Source: Candidatus Gottesmanbacteria bacterium
GTDB taxonomy: Bacteria; Patescibacteriota; Microgenomatia; UBA10105; UBA927
NCBI GenBank assembly: GCA_023245335.1
Contig: JAHFKK010000001.1
Coordinates: forward strand, 363,282-427,281
Reading direction: 5' to 3'
Length of the DNA: 64,000 bases
Shown: positions 1 through 10,495 of the stretch, in pieces
How the letters are laid out: each line of letters starts with the position of its first letter
Position numbering within the stretch: position 1 is the first letter of the stretch
Position numbers and translations under genes: made by a program
The notes under the pieces: model-generated
The model's input: the letters and a program-made list of their open reading frames with translations, nothing else
The model's database searches: none
What the model was told of the DNA's origin: nothing

Positions 1-1238
1 AGAATAAGAAACATGATAGTCGGTGTCTCATCGCCGCTTGTGGGCGGTGGGTTACCGGCAAGTGACGCTTCGGCAGTGGGAGAGGCGTCTATGGTAGGTT
101 CAATGGTTGCAGAGGGTGTCGCGTCGCCCAGAACCTGTGTGCCGCTTTTTAATACTTCAAAGACGTTGGTGAGAGCTACGGTTTTCCCTTTGGTGTCAAC
201 ACTCGTTATCGTGACGCTCTGTTTTCCCTCGGAAAGCGCGTGATCCGGGGTATAGCGCCATATACCGTCATCCCCGACGATGACGGCGCTACTTACCGGA
301 TTTGTGATCCCGACGATGACCAATACCTGTTTGCCGATAACTCCCGTGCCCTCAATAAGCGGGAGGCTCGTGGTGAGACGCGCGTCTTTCGCGGGCTGCG
401 TGATTGCGACGGTTTGACTGGCAGCCTGTGTCGTAGCTCCTAAAACGGCAGGTGATGCCTGGGCGAGTAACTTTTGTTGGGCATCCGCCTGGAGTTTGCG
501 GAAATCATAGTCTTTTCCTATGGTCATCGCAGGAACCGGGTTATCATTAAGCGTATCAGTCGTTGCTGTTGACACTCCGCCGGGAGCGCGGATAGCGATG
601 GTTTCATTAATGCGGTCTGCGATCGGGATATATGCCGTAAGCGCCTGTGTCCGTGCGAGATGGAGCGGTACGACCCATGATCCGGTCGACGTCACTATGG
701 TAGAAAGCGCTTGTCCTCCTTCAGGAGTGAGGTAAACGAGCGCGCCCTGTGCCGGTTGGCCGTCCGGAAGCATCACCGTACCATACGCAGGTTCCAGGTT
801 GATGCCGACTCCGGGTATAGATGCCCCTGTCGTCACCGCAAAGGGTTGGACCCCATCCTGAAAGAGAGTCCCTTGCGAAAGGATACGGACGTGATAACTG
901 GTTTGGGCCCGGGCATTTCGTACCTGAACACTGTGGACGGTATATGTCCCCAATGTATTTTTTTTTGTTCCCGAACCCCCCATTTCGTCCCGCTCGTCAT
1001 ACAGCGTACCGATGCCGTTCCCGTCTATGACGATCGCACCGGTTACTGCGTTATCTGTCAGCCAGGAGACGGTAAATGACGTATCGGTAATGTTGGTAAA
1101 CATGACATTTTTGGGTGCAGCGCTTGGCGAGGCACGGCTAAAAAGCGGTGTGACCCGGTCAAAGGCGAGGCTAAAGAGAAATACCGCCCCGAGGACGAGC
1201 ATGATTCCGACGAGTGTGGGAATTTTCCGTGTTTGCAT
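1..1238 (-). CDS. Surface protein with FN3/Ig-like domains, N-terminal TM and C-terminal PTSG sorting-like signal; runs off the left edge of the window
   Basis: Absent from the ORF track because there is no stop in the window. Manual translation from ATG at 1238 gives MQTRKIPTLVGIMLVLGAVFLFSLAF..FSRASP..NITDTSFTVSW (FN3-like)..LIEGTG..DGIWRYTP..LSEGKQSVTITS (bacterial Ig)..PPTSGDETPTIMFLI. Confidence 0.8.
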   Translation of the reverse strand, partial: MQTRKIPTLVGIMLVLGAVFLFSLAFDRVTPLFSRASPSAAPKNVMFTNITDTSFTVSWLTDNAVTGAIVIDGNGIGTLYDERDEMGGSGTKKNTLGTYTVHSVQVRNARAQTSYHVRILSQGTLFQDGVQPFAVTTGASIPGVGINLEPAYGTVMLPDGQPAQGALVYLTPEGGQALSTIVTSTGSWVVPLHLARTQALTAYIPIADRINETIAIRAPGGVSTATTDTLNDNPVPAMTIGKDYDFRKLQADAQQKLLAQASPAVLGATTQAASQTVAITQPAKDARLTTSLPLIEGTGVIGKQVLVIVGITNPVSSAVIVGDDGIWRYTPDHALSEGKQSVTITSVDTKGKTVALTNVFEVLKSGTQVLGDATPSATIEPTIDASPTAEASLAGNPPPTSGDETPTIMFLI

Positions 1239-1251
1239 AGCGTATCGATAC

Positions 1252-1452
1252 TTATTGATAATACGTTTGTTTTGTTTCTAACTGATCCAATACACTTGTG
1301 TCAATTTTTGAGGACAAAGGGAGCACGACTTTTTGAAGCGGCTGGGCGACGGTTGATGTTTTGGTCGTCTTCACGAGTTCAAAAAATACCCACAGAAAAA
1401 CAGTGAGAGTCGTGAACACCGCGATGAGAAGTATGTCCCGATCTTCATCCAT
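1252..1452 (-). CDS. Small single-TM protein in the pilN-pilO operon
   Basis: 66 aa with an N-terminal hydrophobic helix; 3 nt downstream of the pilO-like gene. Confidence 0.7.
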   Translation of the reverse strand: MDEDRDILLIAVFTTLTVFLWVFFELVKTTKTSTVAQPLQKVVLPLSSKIDTSVLDQLETKQTYYQ

Positions 1453-1455
1453 ATA

Positions 1456-2109
1456 TCATTGCAACGTGTAATATGATTTTAACCGAATAGATAATTGTAA
1501 CGCAGTATCTGACGAGTTTAGTGTAACACCTTGTCTTATAGATACCATATCTATAGTGGTTATACGCCGAAGTGTGATAAGACCGTCAAGAAATGCTTTG
1601 ATTGCAGTATAGGGTCCGGAAATAACCAAGCTGATGGTGAAATCCTGTAATGGTTGTCGCGCGATAAGTTTGGCTCCGGGAGTCGCGTCTTTGGTTGTGA
1701 GTGGTACGCCGGCTATCTGCATTGCTGATATGGACGCTTGAGATACGTTTGCGATATTTCTAAGCTCAACGGCCAGAATAGCGGGATCAGGACTGCGCGG
1801 AAGTGCATCAACGAGCAAGGGGAGACGTGACGCGATAGTTTCATAGGTCGCTTGCGCCTCTATAAGCGCGGTTATTTTTGCCTCCATTTGTTTATTGAGT
1901 GTCGTTTTGTCTTTAATTTCCCGCTGCAGGTATATGATTGTTTGTGCTGTGGGTCGGACCGCGTACCACAAAAATAGGGAAACGGCGAGGAACGAAAATA
2001 CTGCGGTTGTTGAAGCGCGCATCTTCGGTTTTTTCAGAAGCGGTGCGAGATCCTTGTAATACCGCCGTAATCTGGACGGAAGGGCGGATCGTTGTGTTGA
2101 ACTGTCCAT
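1456..2109 (-). CDS. pilO: Type IV pilus assembly protein PilO-like
   Basis: TM, coiled coil, then ISGPYTAIKAFLDGLITLRRITTID, typical of the PilO/GspM fold. Start refined to MDSSTQ. Follows pilN-like. Confidence 0.75.
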   Translation of the reverse strand: MDSSTQRSALPSRLRRYYKDLAPLLKKPKMRASTTAVFSFLAVSLFLWYAVRPTAQTIIYLQREIKDKTTLNKQMEAKITALIEAQATYETIASRLPLLVDALPRSPDPAILAVELRNIANVSQASISAMQIAGVPLTTKDATPGAKLIARQPLQDFTISLVISGPYTAIKAFLDGLITLRRITTIDMVSIRQGVTLNSSDTALQLSIRLKSYYTLQ

Positions 2110-2113
2110 AATA

Positions 2114-2665
2114 TTATTTTGCCTGTCCGACAGGCACGTCAGCCGTAATTTCAAAGACAATACCTGTCGTGGCCTGGCGGTTGATATCACTTAAGGAAAC
2201 ATTCTGAAGTTGCTTTGTTGCCTGAAGATTGGAAAGAAATTGCGCGAATCCCGTAGTCGTTCCCGCGCTTGCGCTTATAGTGAGCTTACCATTGTTAATG
2301 GTAAGAGAGGTGAGGTACACATCGGGTGGAAGTAGTGTGGCCATCATGTTTATGAGATCGACGGGCCTGGATTGGTTGATCATGAGTTTTTTCGTCGTAT
2401 CAAGGTTTGCCTGAAGCGATCGGATGGAAGTCTCAAATGATGTATTTGCTTCCAATATCGCTTGTTTTTGCGTCACTTCTTCGGTGAGATCGGTGTTTTT
2501 CCGATCCAGGCTGAATCGTGAGATAAACGCGAGAAGCACCATGATTTCCGTCGTGATCATGATATACCGTCCGTAGGTGGTAGCCCACGAAACGATACGG
2601 CCCCACGGCGTGTGCTCCAGGTCTTGTTGTCCAAGTAAATTAATCCGAATGGAATCGGCAGGCAT
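2114..2665 (-). CDS. pilN: PilN-domain type IV pilus assembly protein
   Basis: INLL N-terminal motif, TM, coiled coil, LPPDVYLTSLTI..LTISA. Start MPADS is 6 nt after a TATACT box. Confidence 0.8.
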   Translation of the reverse strand: MPADSIRINLLGQQDLEHTPWGRIVSWATTYGRYIMITTEIMVLLAFISRFSLDRKNTDLTEEVTQKQAILEANTSFETSIRSLQANLDTTKKLMINQSRPVDLINMMATLLPPDVYLTSLTINNGKLTISASAGTTTGFAQFLSNLQATKQLQNVSLSDINRQATTGIVFEITADVPVGQAK

Positions 2666-2728
2666 GAGTTCAGTATAGCAAGGGAGGCAAGATGAATAAA
2701 GCGTTGAACGCTCTTTTCCCAAAAGGCT

Positions 2729-2965
2729 TTACCTTTTGAGGAGTTTCGCGAGGCGTGACTTCAGACGGGCGGCGGTGTTTTTATGGATGCTGTGGTGTTT
2801 GGCCGCGCGATCGACCGCCTGATATGCCAGGGAAATGGTTTTTTCAGATGGAGCTTTGCGCGCTTTTTTCACTGAAGTAGTCAGTGTTTTCTTGATGTGC
2901 GCATTTTGGACAGACCGTACGCGGTCATGTCGGAGCTTTTTGGCGGCTTGTTTCGTGATTGGCAT
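2729..2965 (-). CDS. rpsT: 30S ribosomal protein S20
   Basis: MPITKQAAKKLR..DRAAKHHSIHKNTAARLKSRL. Confidence 0.95.
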   Translation of the reverse strand: MPITKQAAKKLRHDRVRSVQNAHIKKTLTTSVKKARKAPSEKTISLAYQAVDRAAKHHSIHKNTAARLKSRLAKLLKR

Positions 2966-3029
2966 GAGGTGAAGTATACCCCAGTTGACTCTTTCGGGTC
3001 AAGACGTTGCGATTTATAATAGGGAAGTT

Positions 3030-4682
3030 ATGAAACGAGTTTGGGCCTTGGTGACCAAAAAACAGATGACCGTAGGGTCCGCAGCCTTAGTGCTGGCATT
3101 TATGGTGCTCCTTTCCCGAGTTTTGGGACTTGTCCGTGACCGGTTGCTCGCGTCATATTTTGCGCCGGATACATTAGGAATATATTTTGCAGCGTTCCGT
3201 ATACCGAATTTTATCTTTGAACTGTTGGTCATGGGCGCATTAACATCGGCGTTTATCCCGGTGTATTCCAAATATCTGGCGCAGAATAATGAAAAAGAAG
3301 CACAGCGTGTGGCTGCAGGCCTTATTAATCTCAGTCTGATTATTTTTTTCGTTCTGGCGATACCGCTATACGTAGCGGCCCCGTTCCTTTCCCGGCTTAT
3401 TACGCCGGGATTCAACGAATCACAAATTGCGCAAATGACGGCGTTCACGAGATTCATGTTATTTTTTCAGGTGACTCCGCTTCTTATCGGTAATGTATTT
3501 ACCGGAATTTTGCAGTCCCATAATCTCTTTTTGATCCCGGCGCTCGCGCCGGTTCTTTATAATATCGGAATTATAATCGGCGTCATTCTTCTTGCTCCCG
3601 CCATGGGATTGTGGGCGCCCGTCATAGGTGTTGCCATCGGGGCGGTACTTTTTGTCCTTATTCAAATTCCGGCGCTCATTCACATAGGGTATCGGCACTC
3701 CTCGGAGATCAATCCGAAAAACGAAGGCATACGCGAAGTCGGTAAGCTTATGGGACCCCGCACATTCGGACTGGCAGTAACGCAGATTGATACGACGGTG
3801 GATTTGATGCTCGCAAGCCTCCTCGGAGCCCGGATGGTCACTATATTTGCGTTCGCCCAGCAATTACAGCAGTTGCCGATCGGTTTGTTCGGGCAAACGA
3901 TCGCTCAGGCAGTATTGCCGTCATTGTCGCAGTTGTCGGCAAGCGACAAGCATGATGAGTTTATTGCCACCATACGGTCAGCGGTTCATCAGATTTTGTT
4001 CCTCGTCCTTCCCATGGCGATGCTATTTATCGTACTTCGTATCCCGGTCATCCGTTTGATTTACGGAGCGTCGCGGTTTGACTGGGCTGCGACGGTAGAC
4101 ACCGGGATGACGCTATCCGCATTTAGCATCTCGCTGTTTGCGCAGGCGATCGTTCAGGTGTTGGCGCGGGGGTTCTATTCGCTTTTGGACAGCAAAACGC
4201 CGGTCATCGTAGGAGTCATTTGCGTCGTCCTTAATTCGGTTTTAAGCATCATATTTGTTTTGGTGTTGCACCTGCCTATATGGTCACTGGGACTTTCTAC
4301 GTCTGTTGCGAGCATCCTCAATGCGTTCCTTCTGTTTATGCTCCTGGACCGGCGGATTAAAGGGTTTATTACGCCGTCTCTCATGGTTCCGATACTCAAA
4401 ATGGGAGGAGCGACAATTGTAGCCGGTATCGCTCTTTACATACCGCTCAAGCTGTTTGACCAGCTGGTATTTGATACGACCCGCACGTTCGGTCTCATAC
4501 TTTTGACCGGGGTGTCGGCAACCCTCGGTTTGGCAACCTACTTTTTCCTGTCCTGGGTATTAAATGTCGATCAGGTTCACGACCTTATACGGCTCATGAA
4601 ACGATTCCAGAAGCTCCGTGGATTCTCGCTTGAACCGGCACAAGAGATAGTGAGCGGTAGCCTCCCGGATCAGATAACGTAA
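3030..4682 (+). CDS. murJ: Lipid II flippase MurJ
   Basis: SRVLGLVRD..AAFRIPN..QLPIGLFG..LARGFY motifs; many TMs. Start refined to ATG 3030. Confidence 0.95.
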   Translation: MKRVWALVTKKQMTVGSAALVLAFMVLLSRVLGLVRDRLLASYFAPDTLGIYFAAFRIPNFIFELLVMGALTSAFIPVYSKYLAQNNEKEAQRVAAGLINLSLIIFFVLAIPLYVAAPFLSRLITPGFNESQIAQMTAFTRFMLFFQVTPLLIGNVFTGILQSHNLFLIPALAPVLYNIGIIIGVILLAPAMGLWAPVIGVAIGAVLFVLIQIPALIHIGYRHSSEINPKNEGIREVGKLMGPRTFGLAVTQIDTTVDLMLASLLGARMVTIFAFAQQLQQLPIGLFGQTIAQAVLPSLSQLSASDKHDEFIATIRSAVHQILFLVLPMAMLFIVLRIPVIRLIYGASRFDWAATVDTGMTLSAFSISLFAQAIVQVLARGFYSLLDSKTPVIVGVICVVLNSVLSIIFVLVLHLPIWSLGLSTSVASILNAFLLFMLLDRRIKGFITPSLMVPILKMGGATIVAGIALYIPLKLFDQLVFDTTRTFGLILLTGVSATLGLATYFFLSWVLNVDQVHDLIRLMKRFQKLRGFSLEPAQEIVSGSLPDQIT

Positions 4683-4694
4683 AAATAAAGAAGT

Positions 4695-6098
4695 TTATTG
4701 GGTTTTGGTGATCTCCAGAAGTGCGACACTTTCAGGCGGCATGTAAACTTGTGTGTTGATAGAGGGATCCTGTGCGTCAATGGTCGTCGTCGCATCTCTT
4801 CCCAAAAGCAGGCGTTGTCGTACAGTATACGTTCCGGGTTCTATGCCTCGGATGAGCACGGGAACGTTTTCGCTATGACTCCCGCTTGCGTCAAAATTCA
4901 CGAGTAACACGCGTATGACGTTATTCTGAGTTGATGCGTATGCGCTGACCCATGATCCTTCGCCGGTAAGCGAGAGACGTGTGCCGGCCATAGAATCAAG
5001 GAAGTTATAGACGTAGTAGCGGGGTTTTTTCTTGAGCCCGTTATCGTCATTGGTGATGAGTCCCCAGCCGGATCCGTCCTGTTGTTTCGGTCCATCTTTG
5101 AGTTCGAAGGTAAAAAGATATGTGGGTCCGCCGGAGGTAAGCTGGCGTATGACCGCCGCAGCATGCGCTGCAGCATACGAGGTGCCGTAGCCTGTGCTTT
5201 TATCCCCCGTAAACCCGAATTCAGTAATCAGCTTCGGAAGTAGTGTATACGTGGGGAATGGCAGCAATGCTTTGACGACATTGCGTTCGTCGAGAGCAAA
5301 CTGGTCCGGGTCGCTGAGATATGAATGCCAGGAAAAAAAGTTGACCCGGTTCCCTGATTGGACGAGCGCCGTAATCCAGTTCACAAACAGCCCTGATGTC
5401 GCCGGTCCTCCGAGATAGAACGTATTTACGTTCTGTGCATTTCCTGCTCCTACCGAAGCGTAGTGATAGAGGGTGAGATAGTTTCGGTCACCGCTCAGGG
5501 TCCAGCCCCCAAACTGGGTCAGATTCGGTTCGTTCCATACTTCATAGTAGATGCCGGGTATGTTCATGCCGCCTTTGCCGCTATAGTGTTCGATGGTTTT
5601 TTGTACTACGGTTGCCCAATCATTCCAATCATTGGGAGGACCGGAGATGACGCCGTCTTTTGCTATGACGTCCGGCATATAAGAAAGGGCGAGGACGGGT
5701 TTTGCGCCCGTACTGACCACTGTAGAGACCGCCTGATCAAGCTTAGACCAATCAAAGCGAAGATCAGAGCCATCCCGTGATACGACATGGTAGAGATCAT
5801 AGAGATGGTCGAGGCGTATGACTTTCGGGTGCAGAGCGGTCACATCTCCTTTGACGGACGCGAGCATATCTGTCGATTCTTCTCCGCCCTGAGCGAACGC
5901 GTGATAAAAGTCGGTCTTTATCGGATCAAGCGTCAGTTTTGCCTCAACGACGATGTTAGCAGGCGTTCCTGCCGCCCGGGACATCAAGGTAACGGTCTGT
6001 TGGATAACGAGAAGGAATAGCGGTAGAAAGACAAGAAGCGCCACAATCGAAATGACGGAAGTGACTCGCGATGACACATGCCGGATGAGTATACTCAT
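4695..6098 (-). CDS. Membrane-anchored glycoside hydrolase, GH39-like (clan GH-A)
   Basis: YEVWNEP acid/base motif, FFSWHSY, ITEFG nucleophile; N-terminal TM. Confidence 0.8.
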   Translation of the reverse strand: MSILIRHVSSRVTSVISIVALLVFLPLFLLVIQQTVTLMSRAAGTPANIVVEAKLTLDPIKTDFYHAFAQGGEESTDMLASVKGDVTALHPKVIRLDHLYDLYHVVSRDGSDLRFDWSKLDQAVSTVVSTGAKPVLALSYMPDVIAKDGVISGPPNDWNDWATVVQKTIEHYSGKGGMNIPGIYYEVWNEPNLTQFGGWTLSGDRNYLTLYHYASVGAGNAQNVNTFYLGGPATSGLFVNWITALVQSGNRVNFFSWHSYLSDPDQFALDERNVVKALLPFPTYTLLPKLITEFGFTGDKSTGYGTSYAAAHAAAVIRQLTSGGPTYLFTFELKDGPKQQDGSGWGLITNDDNGLKKKPRYYVYNFLDSMAGTRLSLTGEGSWVSAYASTQNNVIRVLLVNFDASGSHSENVPVLIRGIEPGTYTVRQRLLLGRDATTTIDAQDPSINTQVYMPPESVALLEITKTQ

Positions 6099-7126
6099 GA
6101 TTTATTTCGAATTAATACCGGTGCCAGTGCCCCACTTAGTAATAGTATCATGCCAAGCGCTAAGAGGAGGATTGTCGGCTCCACAGATCCTGACGCCGGC
6201 ATGGCACTTCCTGATGCGCCATTTTCCGTACCGTTGGATACGACGAATGCGAGCGTCGCAGTTTCCGTTTGACCGGTCGTCGGATTTTGTGCAGCTACGA
6301 CGACTGTGTGTGGACCAGTCTCGAGCGCATTCGGTATGGTATACGTCCAATTTCCGTTGGCATCCGCAGTGACGGTCGCAGTGATCTGTTGGGTAGAATA
6401 GACCGCGATCGTGACGGTACTTCCCGGAGGCGCTTTTCCTTCTATCGTCGGCTTTTGTGTCGCTATCGATTCGTCTTTAGTTGGTGAATCGATCGTGACA
6501 GCAGATGATGTCGCGCTATCAGTTGATTCCGGAGTGGGTGACAGCGTCGGGGTGAGTGTATCCGACGGATTGCCGGTCGGACTAGGAGTCGGAACAACAC
6601 CGCCTCCTATGGTAATCGTAGACGGGGTCGAGCTCGTGAGTACGTTTGTGCTTCCTTCGCCTAAAGCACCGACATAGGTGTCGGCGGTCGCGAACTTGAC
6701 GGTGACCGGCGTAGTCGTACCGGCCAATGCTTTCATGTTTATTGTCGCGACGAGCCCCGTACCAGTGACAGGAGTGATCGTATTAGTTGACCCGACTTGA
6801 ATTGAGGCCGTACCGTTTCCGACAACGCCGGATGAAAGGATATTGGGAAACATCGTGCCGTTATGAATCCACTCGGCTTCAAGCTTGGTAGGGTCAAAGG
6901 CAAGACTTACCTGCACTGCCACCACTTGATTTGCTGCCGTATCCATATGGACTTCGAGCGTAAACGTGTCACCGACTTGTTTGGTGAGCGCAGACGGAGT
7001 GAGGGTCAGTGTTGTAGCAGGCGCCGCGCGTTGGCGTATTTCCTGGTTTCGCATCACGAGAAATATCGTCGCGGGTATAGCAAGAAGAATAAGGAGAGAA
7101 CCAATAATAAGAACAACTCGTTTCAT
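6095..7126 (-). CDS. Surface protein: cohesin-like domain, Pro/Thr linker, Ig-like domain and C-terminal MPASG sorting-like signal
   Basis: VGDTFTLEV..VSLAFDPTKL (cohesin-like); PTIEGKAPPGSTV..ADANGNWTY (Ig); MPASG + hydrophobic stretch + RNKS. Start refined to MKRVV. Confidence 0.8.
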   Translation of the reverse strand: MKRVVLIIGSLLILLAIPATIFLVMRNQEIRQRAAPATTLTLTPSALTKQVGDTFTLEVHMDTAANQVVAVQVSLAFDPTKLEAEWIHNGTMFPNILSSGVVGNGTASIQVGSTNTITPVTGTGLVATINMKALAGTTTPVTVKFATADTYVGALGEGSTNVLTSSTPSTITIGGGVVPTPSPTGNPSDTLTPTLSPTPESTDSATSSAVTIDSPTKDESIATQKPTIEGKAPPGSTVTIAVYSTQQITATVTADANGNWTYTIPNALETGPHTVVVAAQNPTTGQTETATLAFVVSNGTENGASGSAMPASGSVEPTILLLALGMILLLSGALAPVLIRNKS

Positions 7127-7264
7127 GTCTTCCTCTATTATGAAGAAGTCAACTGATGTACGCAATAGTGCGGCATAGTACATATTTGTCGAGCTTCCGT
7201 CCTCGTGACCCACGAGCGGATTTCGTGGCTATAAAAGTGCAGTGCTACGTGTATTGTCGACCCC

Positions 7265-7301
7265 TTGACAAGAGTTAGCACTCAATGTATATTAGTGCTA
7301 A
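7265..7301 (+). promoter_or_regulatory. Sigma70 promoter overlapped by a CIRCE operator (HrcA site)
   Basis: TTGACA 7265-7270, 17 nt spacer, TATATT 7288-7293. TTAGCACTC-N9-TAGTGCTAA at 7275-7301 has 1 mismatch to the CIRCE consensus and lies directly upstream of hrcA. Confidence 0.95.
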
Positions 7302-7311
7302 TTTCAATAAT

Positions 7312-8043
7312 ATGAATCCCGTAGCAGATCTCACTCCCAGACAGATTCAAATTCTGAAAGCGATTATCGACGAATATATCGCGACGGCGGAAGCCGTAGG
7401 GAGCGAAACATTGGAAAAAAAGTACAATCTCGGTGTTTCCCCGGCGACCATCCGCAATGAGATGGCACACCTCACCGAAATCGGAATGCTCAATCAGCCG
7501 CATACGTCCGCGGGGCGCAGCCCCACGCCTATCGCGCTCAAATATTACGTCGATCAGCTCATGAAGACCAAAGATATGTCGGTCGCGGAAGAAGTCTCGG
7601 TCAAGGAAAAAATTTGGGATTACCGACAAGAGATAGATAAGTTACTCCGGGAAGCGACCAAGACGCTCGCAGAAAAAACCAAGACACTTGCTATTACAGC
7701 GACGAACGAAGGAGACCTTTACTATGCAGGTGCTGCCAATATTTTGGAAATGCCGGAATTTTATGATTATCAACTGACGCATGAACTCTTCGGGACACTG
7801 GATGAATACGGATTTTGGTGGCACGTATTGGAACAGCACGACGACCTATTTTCCATATTAGTCGGCGACGATTTGTCGCATGGGGCACTCACTCAATGCG
7901 GATTTGTCTATCACAAGTTCAAAACGCCGCACGTATCCGGCGCCATCGGGATCGTCGGTCCGTCGAGAATGAACTATCCGTTTGTGATCCCGGTGGTACG
8001 ATACATGGGAGATCTCATAGATGAATTTGCGAGCAGTTGGTAA
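7312..8043 (+). CDS. hrcA: Heat-inducible transcription repressor HrcA (short form)
   Basis: LTPRQIQILKAII..VGSETL..VSPATIRNEM..QPHTSAGR..GIVGPSRMNY. Confidence 0.95.
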   Translation: MNPVADLTPRQIQILKAIIDEYIATAEAVGSETLEKKYNLGVSPATIRNEMAHLTEIGMLNQPHTSAGRSPTPIALKYYVDQLMKTKDMSVAEEVSVKEKIWDYRQEIDKLLREATKTLAEKTKTLAITATNEGDLYYAGAANILEMPEFYDYQLTHELFGTLDEYGFWWHVLEQHDDLFSILVGDDLSHGALTQCGFVYHKFKTPHVSGAIGIVGPSRMNYPFVIPVVRYMGDLIDEFASSW

Positions 8044-8084
8044 CGAACCCCCAGGGTTGTCCGTCTGCCCGTTCCAAAAGACAT

Positions 8085-8561
8085 ATGAAGAAACACGATG
8101 ATGTGGTGAAACCAAAAGATGATGTGCGTGTGGGGGAACTCGAGAAAGAGGCGGAAGACTGGAAGAGTAAATATCTGCGCGCGCTTGCCGATTATCAAAA
8201 TTTGGAAAAGCGGTCGCGGGAACAGGTTAACGACTCGCGTAAATTCGCAGCGGAGCTCATTTTAGCCCGCCTCATTCCTGTCGTCGATACGTTTGCTAAA
8301 GTGAGAGTACATGTGAAGGATGTCGGGTTTGATCTGGCATACAAGGAATTAACGGTTGTTCTTACGGAGCAGGGTGTGGAAGCGATGCATGTTCTGGGAA
8401 AGCCATTTGATCCGCACGAAATGGAATGTATCGAAGTCGTTCCGGGTAACGACAACGAAGTGGTAGAGGAAGTATTTCCCGGCTATCGTTTTCGCGGCAA
8501 AGTATTACGGGTAGCCCAAGTAAAGGTGGGCAAATCCGATACAGCCCAACGTACAAATTAA
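8085..8561 (+). CDS. grpE: Nucleotide exchange factor GrpE
   Basis: YLRALADYQNLEKR..FDPHEME..GYRFRGKVLRVAQVKV. Confidence 0.95.
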   Translation: MKKHDDVVKPKDDVRVGELEKEAEDWKSKYLRALADYQNLEKRSREQVNDSRKFAAELILARLIPVVDTFAKVRVHVKDVGFDLAYKELTVVLTEQGVEAMHVLGKPFDPHEMECIEVVPGNDNEVVEEVFPGYRFRGKVLRVAQVKVGKSDTAQRTN

Positions 8562-8583
8562 TTATTTATAATAGGAGGTATCT

Positions 8584-10494
8584 ATGGCAAAGATTATCGG
8601 TATTGATCTCGGAACGACAAATTCATGTGTATCCGTCATGTCAGGAGGAGCTCCTGAGGTGATTCATTCTGCTGAAGGCAGGAATGTGATTCCGTCGGTC
8701 GTCGACCCTATCAAAAATATCGTCGGTGACGTCGCCAAACGCCAGATGGTATTGAATCCCAAATCCACTATATTTTCCGTCAAACGTCTGATGGGCCGCA
8801 AATTCTCCGATCCCTCGGTACAAGCGGACATGAAATGGTTGCCCTATACGATAAAAGCCGGCAAAAACGACATGGCGGTCGTCGTCGTGGACGGCAAAGA
8901 GTTTACGCCGCAGGAAATTTCGGCAAAGATACTTGCCAAAATCAAAGCGGATGCCGAAAAGTTCCTGGGCGAACCCGTCAAACAGGCCGTCATCACGGTA
9001 CCCGCGTACTTCGATGACAGCCAGCGCCAGGCGACCAAACAGGCAGGGGAGATCGCAGGGCTCGAAGTCATGCGGATCCTCAATGAGCCGACGGCTGCGT
9101 CACTTGCATACGGATTGGATAAGAAAAATGCGCACACGATCGCAGTCTACGACTTGGGCGGTGGCACGTTTGACATCTCCATACTGGAATTAGGTGACGG
9201 CGTCTATGAAGTGAAAGCAACAAACGGCGATACCCATCTTGGTGGTGACGATTTCGATAAAGTAATCCTTGATTACCTTGCCGACGAGTTCAAGAAAGAA
9301 AACAGTGTGGATCTGCGGAAAGATTCGCAGGCGCTCCAGAGGCTTCGTGATGCTGCCGAAAAAGCAAAAATCGAGCTTTCATCTTCGATGGAAGCAGAGA
9401 TTAATCTGCCATTCATCACCCAGGGCAAAGACGGGCCTTTACACCTCGTCATGAAGCTTACCCGGGCGAAACTTGAGTCGCTCGTTGAACCGCTCATCCA
9501 AAAAAGCATCGAGCCGGTCAAGAAGTGTCTCGCGGACTCCAAGCTCAAAGTCGGGGACATCAATGAGATCGTTCTCGTGGGAGGCATGACCCGTATGCCG
9601 AAAGTAGTCGAAGTCGTGAAATCCTTCTTTGGTAAAGATCCCAACGCCACGGTAAATCCCGATGAAGTGGTGGCAGTAGGAGCGGCAGTTCAGGCCGGGG
9701 TTCTAACCGGAGAAGTCAAAGATGTCGTTCTTCTCGACGTGACGCCGCTTACTTTGAGCGTCGAAACATTGGGCGGAGTATCGACACCGATGATTTCGAG
9801 AAATACTACCGTGCCGACGAGCAAGACAGAAATCTACTCGACGGCCGCAGACAATCAGACGTCGGTAGAGATTAACGTCCTACAAGGAGAACGCCCGATG
9901 GCGACAGATAATAAATCGCTTGGACGGTTTGTCCTGTCCGGCATTCCGGCGGCACCGCGCGGCGTCCCGCAGGTTGAGGTGACGTTTGACATAGACGCTA
10001 ATGGTATTCTCAACGTGACTGCCAAGGACAAAGCGAGCGGCAAAGTAAGCTCGATAAAAATCACGGGCTCGACCGGTCTTTCGAAGGACGAGATCGAGAA
10101 GATGAAGAAAGAAGCCGAGGCCAATGCCACGGCAGATTCCGAAAAGAAAGATAAGATCGAGGCAAAAAACAAAGCGGATAACATGCTTTATGTCGCCGAG
10201 AAAACGTTGAAAGACGCCGGTGATAAAGCCAAGCCCGAGGATAAGACAGCAGTCGAGGAAAAGACGAAGGCACTGAAAGACATACTGGAGTCCGGATCCA
10301 AAGAAGATCTGGAAACCAAAACCAGCGAGCTTTCCGACGCAGTCCAAAAGGTCGGAGCTGCGATGTACCAGCAGAATCAGCCTCCGGCAGGAGGAGATCA
10401 GGCCCAACCGGGTGCTGATGCCGGAGTTACAGCTGAAGACGGCAAAAAAAAGGACGATAAGGCGAAAGCAGAAGAGGGAGAGGTGGTTAGCTAA
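8584..10494 (+). CDS. dnaK: Chaperone DnaK
   Basis: [33 protein letters not shown] motifs; GGAGG SD. Confidence 0.99.
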   Translation: MAKIIGIDLGTTNSCVSVMSGGAPEVIHSAEGRNVIPSVVDPIKNIVGDVAKRQMVLNPKSTIFSVKRLMGRKFSDPSVQADMKWLPYTIKAGKNDMAVVVVDGKEFTPQEISAKILAKIKADAEKFLGEPVKQAVITVPAYFDDSQRQATKQAGEIAGLEVMRILNEPTAASLAYGLDKKNAHTIAVYDLGGGTFDISILELGDGVYEVKATNGDTHLGGDDFDKVILDYLADEFKKENSVDLRKDSQALQRLRDAAEKAKIELSSSMEAEINLPFITQGKDGPLHLVMKLTRAKLESLVEPLIQKSIEPVKKCLADSKLKVGDINEIVLVGGMTRMPKVVEVVKSFFGKDPNATVNPDEVVAVGAAVQAGVLTGEVKDVVLLDVTPLTLSVETLGGVSTPMISRNTTVPTSKTEIYSTAADNQTSVEINVLQGERPMATDNKSLGRFVLSGIPAAPRGVPQVEVTFDIDANGILNVTAKDKASGKVSSIKITGSTGLSKDEIEKMKKEAEANATADSEKKDKIEAKNKADNMLYVAEKTLKDAGDKAKPEDKTAVEEKTKALKDILESGSKEDLETKTSELSDAVQKVGAAMYQQNQPPAGGDQAQPGADAGVTAEDGKKKDDKAKAEEGEVVS

Positions 10495-10495
10495 T

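Noticed and set aside
13-1281. Several + strand ORFs in the track
   Set aside because: They are shadows of the real minus-strand gene at 1-1238.
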